From positions 3,016,658-3,080,657 of the forward strand of contig CAJINV010000006.1 of the NCBI GenBank assembly GCA_905178155.1: a DNA stretch of 64,000 nt, read 5' to 3'. The notes under the pieces were generated by a model. That model made no database searches. It was not told the DNA's origin and worked only from the letters and a program-made list of their open reading frames with translations. The DNA comes from Amoebophrya sp. A120. Its lineage: Eukaryota; Protista; Dinoflagellata. The position numbers and the translations under genes were made by a program. Below, piece after piece: positions 1 through 12,235 of this stretch; position 1 is the first letter of the stretch, and each line of letters starts with the position of its first letter.

Positions 1-1663
1 CGGAGCTTCGGGTGGGAGGCTTCCCAACGGAAATGCGGGCCGGGCAACCGGAAACACCTTCCGGGGGAGGCTAAAGAGGCACCCCCCCAAAGTGGGTCCG
101 TAGCATGCGGGGTCGCTCTTGCTTAGGGCCACTTTTGGAGACCCTATCCGGGCACCCCCGGCCGCGGGGCCCGGGGGGAGGCCGGAAGTGGAAAGCCAGC
201 GGCGGCAAGGGCGGTCAAGCAGCACGCGGCCGACTTGCACCCCGGAGCGGCCGCGGGGCTGCGCAGCTGCCCGGAAGCGTGGCGCCGATTGCCTCGGCAA
301 ACAAGAGCGCCGGCGATCCTGGCGCCCCACACGCGCTGGCTTCTGGTTTTGGCGCCATGCGTCCCTCGGTCTGGCCGAAGAAAAACAGCGACAACTAGCA
401 CGGCCCACAGAATGCAGGTAGTGTTTTCCCCGGCAAATTGGTCCGCGTCCGCCCTGCATTGCCAGCTGGCCGGCTTCGCAATGTTGGCAGGGCGGCGCGC
501 CGAAAGAGTAGGGCGTCCGTGAGGGTCCTGATGTTTTTGGCATCCTCTAAAAGGGCCCCGGGCGCCGCGCACCTCTGCGCCCTACCTCCGGCGCAAGCGC
601 TGTGGGCCTCGGATCGGGCCAGGAAAACAGTGGGGCGGCGGAGCCAGGCCCAATCCTTTCCGCCGTACATTTTTCCGGAAATCGGCCAAAGGCACGGCGG
701 TCGGCCGAGGGGGCTTTTCAGGTTGCCGCCCGCCCTGGTTGGGGCCACTAGAGCACGGCGCGCCGCGGTCGGGCCCCCCTTGCGCGGGCCGTCTGATCAG
801 TTCCCCACCTGCAAAAAGGGGGGCCCGGCTGCCCCGCTGTGTTGCCCCGGGCTGTGGCGCTTGTACTCTAGCCTCCAAGCGTGCTGGCAGTGTCGCCGGG
901 CGGCTGTTTTCCGCGAAATTTGTATACGAAATGCCGTCGGGTAGTTCTTGTAAGGAATCCCGCGACTTGGCGGAAGCTCGCTAGGGGGTGGCTTGGGAGG
1001 TGTAACCAAACCGCAGGCGCCTTGGTTGGGATGGAGCCACGCTTCCGCCCGCTTTGCAGAAATGGGGCTACTCGAAAAGGGCGAGCGCCGCGCGGTTGAG
1101 GAATTTATTGCGGTCGGCCGAGCGGGAGTCGTGGGCGGCGGCCGAGGGGTGTTGCGGCACCTCGCCGGGCAATCAGGGATGGGCATTGCGGCCGATGATG
1201 CCGCCTGAACGGGGCGCAGGAGCATGGCCCCTGGGCATCTGGTGCGGCGCAAGGCGCTCGCCCATTCCATATCACGCCGTGCCTTTGGCTTGGGCAGATT
1301 CGGCCGTGCCTGCCGGGCCTCCGCCTGCCCCGACCAAATTCGGAGCGGCGCAGACCTGGCGGGATTGGCCCGTCTAGGGGTCAACGACGGGCCCGGCCCC
1401 CTGCCCAGGATGCCCGCTCTGGCGTGCGCGGACGTTAAAGCTGACGCAACCTCTCGCGCCTTCTGCTAGGGGTTCTCTCTGCGGTGGTGTGATGTGTTTG
1501 ACTTTGCGGCAGCACGGCAGAGCAAACTGGGTAAGCGCTGCGCCGGCGTGGCTCTTACGCCGTCCTGAGTCCAGAAGCGTGATGATTCTGATGGGCTGCG
1601 GGGCCCACGATAAAGCCACCCAGTATTTTTTTTAATTTTCGCAAAAATAAGCTTCTGCCGCCG

Positions 1664-1719
1664 CTATACACAAATTTCGTTTTCGATATGGGGAGGCGGG
1701 GGGGTTTTTCCTCTTGATA
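1664..1719. mobile_element. Right TIR of a family H introner (left end not found in window)
   Basis: GATATGGGGAGGCGGGGGGGTTTTTCCTCTTGATA resembles the right end of 3903-4232. Confidence 0.6.
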
Positions 1720-3372
1720 GTTGAAGTATGGCGTGTCCTACCGGCAGTCCTACAATCATCCGAACCCGGTGATTCGGTCCCTGGACGGGTTGGGCGGGCA
1801 GTCGGTCGATATCAAATGCAAAAGTGTTTGGGTCCTCTGGAAGAATGCAAGTTTGTCATGCTTGTCTGGCATGACTCGAGAGTCTGTGTTGCATAGGCAC
1901 GAAAAGGCCCTCTTACCTGTCATGCAAAAACGCAGTTTGCCATGCGGAATACGTGAGACGTGGCAGCTAAAAAATTTGCCATGCATAGCTGCGTATTGCA
2001 GTGCGTCTATCATTCACTTTTAGCATTACAAGTTTCCAGACCCAGACATATTTGCAATCCATAGTCGACAGCTGGAAGCCGTTTTCCTTTGGGGATGGAA
2101 CGAGTATCCTGAGCAAAAACGGGGCCCATACTACAGAGTCAAGATGGGAAATCTGCTAGACAAATGTCCAAGTTTTGGGAGTTGCGCATGACAAGTTCTT
2201 TGCCTTTGCAGTGTAGTGCTGGTTGTTCTTAGCACGGGAAGCTGCATGAGAAAGCCATTTAATATTTCTCATCCTGTTTACAGCATTACAAATTCCAAAA
2301 CACGATTGGAAATGCCTCTCATGGAGCTGCGCATTACAAACCGATTCCTGTCATTGCGCATTTGCATGACAACTCTGGGGTGTGGGCCCCGTTTTTCCAC
2401 AGGATACCGAGCAAATCTGTGCACTACCCTTTCAGCCGGAAGGCCCTCTCAACGTCGGACGATCCCAACGCGACGAAGCTGCTCGGTAGTACTTCCAATA
2501 AGCTGGGCGAGCGGAGCGAGAGTCCTATCGAATGCAAATATCTCTGGATGACTGGAAGGATGCAACTTGTCATGCTAGGTCCGGATGATGCGAAAATCTG
2601 TCGTGCAAGATTGCCAAAAGTTGTCCACTTTTGATCAAACCAAGAGGAGTTTCTCATGCCGAACCGGCATGATGGAGATCATCTCACAGAATCTGTCATG
2701 CTAGGTCCTGCATTCCAGCCCTCATGGGTTATTGGAAAACCTGCATTACAAACTTTTGACTCTTCCACATATTTGCGAGGCATAAGTTCGCCGGGAGAGC
2801 GACCGTCCTATGGCGACAAACTGCTGCCTATCAAATGCAAAGATCCCTGGAAAGAACTTGTGATGCAAGGAAGGGAATAGTGACCTCACCACTGTAATGC
2901 GCTGCCCAGCATGACAACTTTTTCACTAGTTATCTGAGTTGCGTACTCCGCATTAGAACAATGAAACTGCGCCTTATTTGCATGTTGACAGGGAGGTGGT
3001 GGTGGAGGAGCTCTTCGCTGCCACGCAATACAGACTTCAAAGTCATGATGCCAGACTAGCATGACAAATCTCGCAATCACCCAGACGTCGTCCAGGGATA
3101 TTTGCACTGGATACTGCCCAATCCTCGCCTGGACAGCGACACCGCACGGCAGCGGCAGAACCTGCTGCCCGGCCCGCGAAAAACGGAATTTCTGTGCGAG
3201 GTCGTTATTCCGCAGAAAAACCGGTGCGCGTACAAGGGCAGGATCAAAATTCGGGTGCGGCAAGGGGCGGACCTGAAGCAGATTGCGGAATCGCATCGGA
3301 GGGTGTACGGACTCACCGTGAGTCAGACCGAAAAATTGCTGCGGACGCTCGTCGTCACGAGAACCCAAATAC
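1720..3372 (+). CDS. Hypothetical protein, 5'-partial; exons split by 4 introners; may continue into the next CDS through GT-AG introns
   Basis: Removing elements at 1810, 2105, 2526 and 2829 plus one TSD copy each gives one open frame: LKYGVSYRQ...SVDSWKPFSFGDGTSKSVHY...ESPPGERPSYGDKLLPNPRLD...KGRIKIRVRQGADLKQIAESHRRVYGL. Confidence 0.7.
1810..2063. mobile_element. Introner family A
   Basis: TATCAAATGCAAA...TTCCAGACCCAGACATATTTGCAATCCATA; TSD GTCGA. Confidence 0.9.
2105..2406. mobile_element. Introner family E
   Basis: TATCCTGAGCAAAAACGGGGCCC...GGGCCCCGTTTTTCCACAGGATA; TSD ACGAG/CCGAG. Confidence 0.9.
2526..2784. mobile_element. Introner family A
   Basis: TATCGAATGCAAATAT...ATATTTGCGAGGCATA; TSD AGTCC/AGTTC. 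Confidence 0.85.
2829..3113. mobile_element. Introner family A
   Basis: TATCAAATGCAAAGATCCCTGGA...TCCAGGGATATTTGCACTGGATA; TSD CTGCC. Confidence 0.9.
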
Positions 3373-3630
3373 GTATTCTTCATTTTTGCTGTTCACATTT
3401 CTTGATCTTGTCGGCAAGAGATCAGATGGCGATTTACATTTGGACCAGTAGGACGTAGTTGTTGCGCTCTGCTTTTTTTGAGGAGGCGATTTGGTGGGCA
3501 TGGTTGATGGGCATGGTGATTAGGATTTTCAGTTCCATCCTGGAGCTGTCAGAGTGCTGTCGGAAAACTATAGTGATGAAATTCATGAAGGACCACTACA
3601 AGTCCCCTGACCAACACCAAGCACCACAAT

Positions 3631-6600
3631 ATGGAAAAAACAGAGCACGGTTCTTTTCTGGTTGCCCAGCTGACGGGCGGCTTGAGATCTGGCGCCTCCA
3701 TATCCCCCAGAAAAAGACCGACAGGTCATATTTGTAATGCAAAAATAAATAGACAAAAAAATCTGTATTGCATGCCCTAAACAGGATGTTATGGCCTCGC
3801 CCATGACAGATTTTCCTGTGTATTTATTTTTGCATTACAAATATGACCTGTCGGTCTTTTTCTGTGGGATACTCCAGTCCCTCCAGAAGATCGGTCGGGC
3901 AGTATCACAAGGAAAGATCCCCCCTCCACATACTGAAAAGGAATATTTTTGGAAATTTGTGATGCTGATTTGTGGTCACAGATCGTGTCTGTCTTGAGAG
4001 AAGGCAACTCCGTAGGCTCCGCCGCATTGTGAAAGCGGTTTCTCATGCTGTTGGGCCTACAGGTACAGCGCGGACGTTTTTCATGCTAAATGCCTAGGCG
4101 AAAACTTCTCCCCTCGCACTTGGTATGGGCCTGCCGTGCTCTCTACTAGCAAGAAGGCTCCGATTTGTGTACGCAAATCCAGTATCACAAGTTTCGTTTT
4201 GATATGGGGAGGGGGGATTTTTCCTTTCGATAGGCAGCCGAGAACGAGCCTGCATGCCGGTACATCAACTACCGGACCTCCGACCAAGCGCCGCTCCATA
4301 TCCTGAGTAAAAATGTCCCCACACCAGAGTCAAGATGGGAAATCAGCTAGACAAATCAATCAGCTCTGGTTGTTTCGCATGACAAGCGTGTCGTCGTAGT
4401 GATGTTTCCGAAGCATCACAGATCTAGCGCGTCATGCTGCTTCTAGCATCACAAATTCCACAACGCGAATAGAAAATGGCTCTGATGAGGCTCTGCATGA
4501 AAAACTTTTTTGGTATGCGGATTTGCATGACAACTCTGAGATGGGGGCGCTTTTCCTCATGATAGTCCAAATCTGCACCGTCCACCCGGCCACCTCCATC
4601 GCAAGCGCTCGGCCGCGGTAACAATATTGGTGGAATACATGGCATGCAAGAACCTGGCGCAGGCAATTCTGTAGCGGACCAGGACGGGTCAGCAGGTGGA
4701 GGTCGTGGGGACATGAACAAGACCGGCGGCATATCAACCGCAAAAATGTCTGGGTCCTCTGCATGGACGCAACGTTTGTCATGCTTGTCTGGCATGACGG
4801 AAGATTTTGTGATGCCGCGTGTTCAATAAGAGACCCTTTCCCCTGTGATGCAAAAACGCAGTTTGTGATGCGGAAAGCGCAACACTGACCCGCGCAAATA
4901 TTTTTCATGCTTGGCTCTGCATTACAGTTGCTTTCATGATTCACGACTCAGCATTACAAGTTTCCAGACACCCAGACGTATTTGCAATCCATACGGCAGT
5001 CCGGCAAGTATGATCGAGTATCCGGATCAACTCACGTCTTCTGCCCGGGCCTCGGCACCCTCCATGCTGCTGCAGCTTCTACCGGCAAAGATTGTGGCGG
5101 TAAATTAGGTTATTTTGCGGCGGATGACAGAAAGAGGTCAACATCTAACTATATTCGGTTAGTATTTTGGCATCTGGAATGGGTTAATTCGAAAATGCAG
5201 TAATTTTTATATTCAAGCAGGAGAATGCGTTGCGTTCGTCTCCGTTCTCTTAGTGTCTCTTTATACGAGGACGGAAGAAAATTTTGTTCCGAGTAGAATG
5301 ATCATCGCAGTTTACTTGAAAATTGAAAGTATAAAAATCGCTAGGTCGTCGGAGCGGAAAGCGCAACCATGCCCCACCAGCAACCGCCGGCTACTGTAGC
5401 ACTGCCGCCCGACCAAGTGCGAGACGCCAAGTCCGCCGTGGTGTCTGTGCTGGGCACCACGCAAGACAGAGAAGATGCGGTCGGGGGTTCGTCTATTCCG
5501 GTCACCCCGCCCGACGACCGCACGGTCGGGCAACTTTATGCAACGAAAAAAGTGTTAAACGCACTTGCACACGAGTATGTATGCAGTGTCCTAGGGTGGG
5601 TCATGGACTAGAGTGGTACAAAGTATGTACGTAAAAATTTGCAAATTGCTGTCCTAGCGTGTGCAACATGAGAAACACGTATTTCGCACGGAAATTTCAA
5701 TGGGTTTTACAAGACTGCAGAAGAATAGACCGCGCATGACAAATTAATTCAAGTGCATCGGACTCTCCTGCAGGGCCCACCCTAGGCATTTATACATAAG
5801 TACACCCTAGGCCCGCAAGCGGATGAGGGAAAAACCGAAGCAAAAAGCACTCGCGAAAGAGAACAAGAATTGCTCTAGTCCCTGGCGCTGGTAGTTGCGC
5901 GGGGATGGTGACTGCCGCAAAACTGCAGCGCTTTTTGTGCTATGCAATCCGCATTAATTTGTGTACGTTATGGCTGTGAAACAGAGTCGTTTTTTTTTTC
6001 AAAGAGCAAGCGCAAGCGCTATGGGACCGAAAGAAAAAGCAAATGCAAAAACCTTCTGCTTGGCTATCAGGATGCGCAACATTGTCACGCATGAGCAGGC
6101 GCGCAACCACAGCGACGCAAAAATTGTATAGATGGAGTATTTCCCGAAGAGAAAAGAAAACACTAAACATAGGTCGCAAAGAGTGATCAACGAAAGACCC
6201 TAAAAAGTGGTGCTGGGTGCTGTTACGGGGGGGGGGGCGGAGGGTAGCCACATCAGGAGGCGCCGCGCAACGCAACCACGACAGCAAAGCAACGCCGCGC
6301 GCCCTGCGCCGGCCGTTGCGGGGGGCCTTCTGGGGGTGCCCACTCGCAACAGCCGCGGCGGGCTGCGGGACGAGTTCGGCGGCGCTGTCGCGGACGGTGG
6401 TCCATGTCGGAGGCGCGGGCGCCTCCTAGTGCGGGGGCCTGGCGGCCAAACACAAGCAACACGCGGCAGGGGCAGACTTGCGCCCGCTGGGGGACACGGC
6501 CGCCGCACCGATGCCGCGCGCACACACAGGCAAGAAAAGAGGCGCGGGCCCGTTCGGGTCTTGGGCGTTCCCAATGGCCCGCGCCAAGAACATGCCGCGC

Positions 6601-9600
6601 GCCATTCCTTGGTCTGCCGCTCCGCTGTGCGGAGTCCCTAGGTTTGCGCCGTTCGGCCCCTGGACGGCAACCAGACAAACAACGCCGAAGGTCGGCGCAT
6701 CTGCCGAAAGGCCCCCAAGAACGAAGAAGGCACACGAAAAGCCGACAGGGCAGAAGCAAAAATTAGCGCTCTCCGCCCTAGGCTAGGCGGCCCAGGGTCA
6801 CTGTCCTAGCCTAGGCTAGTCCGCCGCAGCGTTTTGGCCTAGCATGTCAAAAATTAGCTTCGCAAACTCGCGCAAGGCCCGGACTAGGGTAGTGCATGAG
6901 GAAAACACGAGGAAAAACAAAGCAAAACGATTTGGCCAACGCTAGGCCGCGCCGAACGTCCAGGGCACTGCGACCCATCCTAGCCTGGTGCATGGGAATA
7001 GCCTCGGTCTAGGCCGCAGTCATGCTAGGATTCCGCATGTATGATGTTGCAGTTTTGATGCCAGCAAGTAGGTAGACAATCTACAACACTCATCTGCCAT
7101 GCCAGAAATCAAATGCTTGTGAGCCCTGTAGTTTCTTCAATATGCGTGTTTTTCCTATATGATCTTCCCTGCATTGGTCTTCACCCTGCTGGGCAAGTTT
7201 GTGTATACTGAAATTCCGTAAAAAAGAAGTGCGACAACTGTAGGAGCACTTTTTTTGTGTTACCAAGTCGTGCAGCCAGCAGCACCTAGCAGCGCGGAAG
7301 CAACGCAGCAGGCTGGTGGCGCCGCCGGGAGCACGGCGGGTTTTGGTGCGTCTGCGCCAGGAAATACAATGATGCTCTCGCAGAACAAGCACCAAGCGGA
7401 ACTACCCCAGGCACAGCAGCTGGCATTGGATACGCCGGGACGGGGCACTGCATCTACTTCGTCGAAGCAGACAGCGGTCGAACAAACCAGCACTGCAGCA
7501 CCTGGCGCCGTCGTGTTGGGCCATGAACAACAAATACCCGCAAGTAGTAGTGTCTTGGCACCACAACAACCGCCACCTCCAGTGCCCACCGCCCCGCCGC
7601 ATTTGAAAGTCATTGCCGAGGGGGACCCGCTGCGAAGACTGATTTTCGCCCGGATTATGCAGTGCAAAATTATCGTACATCTGCTTAGCTGCATGAGAAC
7701 GAATGGAATTTGTCATGCAATTTTACCTTGAGAAGAAGATTTGTCTTGTATACCTGCAATTACTTCCTGAGTGCGATACTTTTGCAATGCATACGGATCC
7801 TGGATTTGCAATTGACCGATGAAGAATCGAAGGAAGACATTCCGTTCGAGCAGATTTCGCGGCACATTTCCAAGGAGTTCCTTGATCAGCTCCTGGAGAA
7901 ACGGAACAAATCGCTCTTGGCCGCCAACCAAGCCGAGCGGACGGAGAAGCTGCAGGAGTTCCTGACCTATGAACTGCAAAAGTGCCGTACTACTCGTACT
8001 TGAAGTTGTAAAATTGCATAATTACAAATTTGAATTTTTTCAGCCTGAAGAAAATCGCGATTTGTAATGCTGATTACGCTTTGGCTTTTAAAAACAAGTT
8101 TAGTATTTCCGTTTGTCATGCGTGCTTGCAATTGGCTACGAGGACGATACTTTTGCACTGGATATCACTGACAAAGGCTTGCAGTGGTTCGCGAAGCAAT
8201 CTTTAGAGCCGGACGTGCTGGGTGTGCACCCTGGCATATGAGAGTGCACAACTCCCCCTCGTTCTCATTTGTATAGGATGGACGGCAATACAAGCGTCAG
8301 CGAGAGTGCAGGTTTTGCATGACAAACTTGCACAGGATTGTAGTGCTTCGGGGCGGCCAGGTGAATTTGTGATGCACATGTAGTGACAGGAGGGAAAGTC
8401 TGGAATTGGTGTTTTGCATGAGAAATGAGAACGAGGGGGAGTTGTGCACTTTCATATGGCAGCGTCGAGGAGCAGGCGAAATCGCTGAACCAGGGGGTCT
8501 ACGCATTGCAACTGTGATGTCCCCGTCTGGAATTGTCGTGCAAATTTCGTACGAGAGTAATGTAAGAATAAGATCTGTGTTGTCACATGAACCGGATTGA
8601 CAACGTTTTTCGTCGATTTGGAGTGCAGTTTGTCATGCGATTCACGAATATTGAATCTGCTACTTTATAATATCGGAGGCATCGCAAAAGTAAAGCTATC
8701 ATGCCGTCCCTGCGTAGAAAAGACAGCTCTAATATGATCATGCAAGACTCGGGAGCAGCACAAATTTGTCCCGCCGTCTTTATTCCAGACCCCGAGGACA
8801 TGATTGCACTGGATAGAGTCTTTCGAGAATTCGTGAAGCCCGAAGCGCTGCCGGGGTTTTTGCTGCTGCAAAATCCGCCGTCGCTGGAGCTGTTGAAAGC
8901 GTATTTGAATGTTGATTTGGATTTTGATTTGAACGCAAATAGAGTGAAACCATGAGTAAATGATCTGTGAGGTAGATCATGCTTTAATCCTCTCTCTCTC
9001 TCTGTGAGGAGGACATAGCACATCAAGAGCCGGTCATTCACATTCTCATTTATGCTTTGCCGCATTATAAATTCAGGTACTTTCGTATTTGGGCAACGCA
9101 GTGGACCGCCGCGTACTTTTCCACAGGAAAGGCGTGCCAAACGGAAAAAAGCTAGCATGGCATGTAGTTATAGTTTCCAATGCATAACGAATTAGATGAG
9201 ATATTAAAAGTAAGTAAAACAAAGACGCGCGGCGCCATCCATCGGCAAGCCCGCCACAGTGTGCTTCCTCTTTCTTGGAGATCCGCAAAAATACACAGAT
9301 TTATTTTCTGTGAAGATGTATTCGTTTCTGTTGATCATGCAATTACAGATACTATGGTGTCGTCCTAGCTTCTTTCCCTGGGATAAATTGTGTCCAGAAT
9401 TTTCCGCTTCCATTGGGGAGAGAACGTATGTATGAATTGCAAATATGTCTGGGTCTGGAACAAGTTGGTAACTTATGGTAAATCTGAAGCATACAAAAAT
9501 CTGTGTTGCATGAGTGCCAAAAGCTGTCCACTTCCGACCAAGTTCTTGGGAGGCAGTTTCTCATGCAGGATAAGCATGGCGGAGACGGAGACCTCGCGCT

Positions 9601-11273
9601 CGCAGCGTCTGTCATGCTATGTCCCGCATTCTAGACCTCAGGGGTCATGGAAAATCTGCATGACAAGTTTACACCCTTCGAGACCCAGACAGTTTTGCAC
9701 TTGATAGTATGCGCGGAAAGTGGGACGCATGCTGCTGGACGTGATCAAAGCTGGATTTACGCAGGTAATATAGGAAAGAGCAATGTATTTGACTTGAAAA
9801 ACAACAAGTACGGCTATAATTCCACTTGGACTTATCCTTATGTCATGTCATAGTCGTTTGTTCTTGATGTTGGGTCTTGATCCCTGGAGCTGGAGCTGGT
9901 CCATTTATAGCAAAGTTTAAACGAACAATCCATGACATCGTGTTTCTTTCCTCTCCGCAGGCCGTCGTGTTTGAAGTTGACCAGCCACAGCAGCCACAAG
10001 CTACTATCCGAGTGCACAACAAGAACTCTCCCTTTCTAATTTCCATTCTAGTGGCACCAGCAATACAGACATGGATAGCAATGAACCTACTGCATGACAA
10101 GTCCAGGTGTTTTGCATTACAAACAAGCTGGGGATGCTGGGGTTACAGTTTTGCATTTTGCAAAGGAGGGAGGCCACAGGAAGGGGAACAGCAAGTTGTG
10201 CACTCTCATACAAGCGGTTCTCACTCCACCAGGCCACCAGCATTCAGAAACGCAACAACCAGTAGTGCCGAAGCCGAAGAACCCTCTGAATCTGAAGGAG
10301 ACGGAGAGCCTCCTTTCCGCCTTCTGCCAGGCGATTGTGGAACAGCCACCAATCGTGGTGCGACTGTCGGTATCAAATGCAAAAACGTCTGGGTCTCCTG
10401 GAAGAGTGAGTGCAACTTGTAATGCTGCCTTTGGACTCCACAAAAACTCTGTATTGCATTGTGAACAGCAAAAGAGGTCCATTTTTTGCTACGCGGAGGA
10501 GGCATTTCTCATGCAGTATGGGCATCAGAAAGCGGTCCCACAAAATCTGTGATGCTAGGGCATGCATCACACACGTCAGGGGTCACGCAGAATGTGCATG
10601 ACAAAAGTGGCATTCTTCCAGACCCAAACATATACATATTTGCAGTGCATAGTCGAAGTGCTTTCTCGACGACCTGCAGTTTGAAGCGACGAGAACGATC
10701 CAGCAGTCCCCTCCCTCAAATTTGCAGACGTCTTTTTTCGACCGGCTGTTGGTACTGACCACCATGACCCTGTGCCTCGCCTCCAGTCCGAAGCTGTGGC
10801 AGCGGGACGTGTTTGCCGAAATCGGGCAGAGCGATTTGGCACTCCATCCCTGCGTGATGAAAAAGATCTTCGACCGCATCAGCGAGCTGCGGATTTTTTC
10901 CACGACCGTAACTCCTGGTGGGGGTGCAGGAGTAACTGGACCGCCACTTCCTGGCACTAGTACCACGGGCACAACCAGCCGCGAGCGAGCAGACTATAAT
11001 TCGGCTTCATCTTTAGTGCCGGGGCCACAGGAGATGATCTTCCCCAGTTCAACGGGAGGAGGAGCAGGCTCTGCAAGTCAGGCGGCACGCGGAGTTGGTG
11101 GGTCGTCTTCTTTGGAAGCTGCTGTTCCCGGAGGTCCTCAGCAGCTAGCGTTAGGGAGCAGCGGAACGAAGGCACCGCAGGTGGTTGGAACAGTACAAAA
11201 TAATTCCACTACGAAAATAAATCCTCCCTTGGTTCTGGGCCCGGCGCCACCGACCACACCGGGGGAGAGATGA
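3631..11273 (+). CDS. Large multi-exon hypothetical protein (12 introners plus GT-AG introns such as 5100-5344 and 9764-9960); start and the 8955-9397 segment uncertain
   Basis: Frame is kept across each excision, e.g. GASSPSRRSVGQPRTS, IFARILDLQL, EFLTDKGLQW, VRLSECFLDDLQF; joins ORF pieces 5369, 7255, 7710, 8701, 10094 and 10722. Confidence 0.6.
3701..3871. mobile_element. Introner family J (long foldback TIR)
   Basis: About 60-bp near-perfect TIR TATCCCCCAGAAAAAGACCGACAGGTCATATTTGTAATGC...; TSD CTCCA. Confidence 0.9.
3903..4232. mobile_element. Introner family H
   Basis: TATCACAAGGAAAGATCCCCCC...GGGGGGATTTTTCCTTTCGATA; TSD GGCAG. Confidence 0.9.
4299..4564. mobile_element. Introner family E
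   Basis: TATCCTGAGTAAAAATGTCCCC...; TSD CTCCA/GTCCA. Confidence 0.9.
4732..4993. mobile_element. Introner family A
   Basis: Family A TIRs; TSD CGGCA. Confidence 0.9.
5537..7264. mobile_element. Degenerate introner hosting a ~1.4-kb GC-rich insert
   Basis: Left TATGCAACGAAAAAAGTG vs decayed right CACTTTTTTTGTGTTACC; TSD AACTT/AAGTC; excision joins ORFs 5369 and 7255 in frame. Confidence 0.5.
7656..7793. mobile_element. Introner family B
   Basis: TATGCAGTGCAAAATTATCGTAC...GTGCGATACTTTTGCAATGCATA; TSD CGGAT. Confidence 0.9.
7968..8164. mobile_element. Introner family B
   Basis: Family B TIRs; TSD TGACC/TCACT. Confidence 0.85.
8237..8456. mobile_element. Introner family C
   Basis: TATGAGAGTGCACAACTCCCCCTCG...CGAGGGGGAGTTGTGCACTTTCATA; TSD TGGCA. 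Confidence 0.9.
8500..8815. mobile_element. Introner family A, diverged (TAC start)
   Basis: TACGCATTGCAA...TTGCACTGGATA; TSD GGGTC/GAGTC. Confidence 0.8.
9431..9706. mobile_element. Introner family A
   Basis: Family A TIRs; TSD GTATG. Confidence 0.9.
10002..10210. mobile_element. Introner family C (extra TAC before TAT)
   Basis: TACTATCCGAGTGCACAAC...GTTGTGCACTCTCATA; TSD CAAGC. Confidence 0.85.
10371..10651. mobile_element. Introner family A
   Basis: Family A TIRs; TSD GTCGG/GTCGA. Confidence 0.9.
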
Positions 11274-12235
11274 AGACTGTGATGTGTAAGAAAGTCGACT
11301 TCTGCACCGACGTAGAAGCATGCCGATGTTTTGTCATGCGGTGGCTAGAGCATACGATTAAATTATGATTTAGAACCTGAGGTAACCTTAGCCTCGCTTT
11401 TTTACATTCGAAATAATAAAGCAAGAGCAAAGAGCAAAAGGATATGATATTAACAGCTTCGCCATTTGTACACAACGGCTTTTTACCTCCCCCTTCCACT
11501 GACTTGTAGGTAGTACAACCGGAAGAAATTAACCACCACCTCCGTGTGATCCAAAAATGCATGATGATTTGGATATTTTGGAACTATCCACTTGTACTTG
11601 ATTGATAAAATTGATGTTGATGATTTTGATTGCAATTGTACAAAAGGGCACAGTAGCAGTACCAAGAAACTCAAAACCTAAGCGGAGGAGCCGCTTCTGA
11701 GTAATATCAGGTGACCCGACCACTGCCAGGACGGACTCGGCAGCTTGTCACCTCGCCCACAAACCCTGTCCGTCTCCGTTGGAGAAGGCAGGAGCAGAAA
11801 TAATAACGTGTTGCCCAACGATCACGAAGATTTCGTGGTGTTTTCTGCTTCATTTTTTTCTTCAGTCTCAAATAGCCTCTGTGGTCGACTCCTGAACAAC
11901 TTTATTCCTGATCTGATCAACGTGCAGGACAGAATTGCCTGCGCACGCATCGAAGTGCTCCTGGCGCCGCCCTTGTTGGAAGGTCGAGGATTTCTTTTTG
12001 GCTGGAGGAGGGCCCCAGTCCTATTCAAGTACTTTGCTGGAGACAGGCCGGCCCCCGCTTGAGACGTGTAGTTGACCTCGGTAGTCGTCTCCCCGACTGT
12101 ACTTTGCAATACGAGGTTGTGCGGACCGAAACTCCTTTCGTAGTAAAGGAGCGATGAGTAGTTATTTTCACTTCTGATTGTCGTATATTGAGGAAAATTC
12201 GCTAATTTGCACCGAAAGACAAAGGAAAGGAAGTC

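Noticed and set aside
105-1619. Many overlapping Arg/Ala/Gly/Pro-rich ORFs (also 5940-6786, 45148-46122)
   Set aside because: Expected from high GC; no domain motifs and no preferred frame
1810-3113. Fixed codon phase of insertions (first four all phase 2)
   Set aside because: Later elements fall in all three phases
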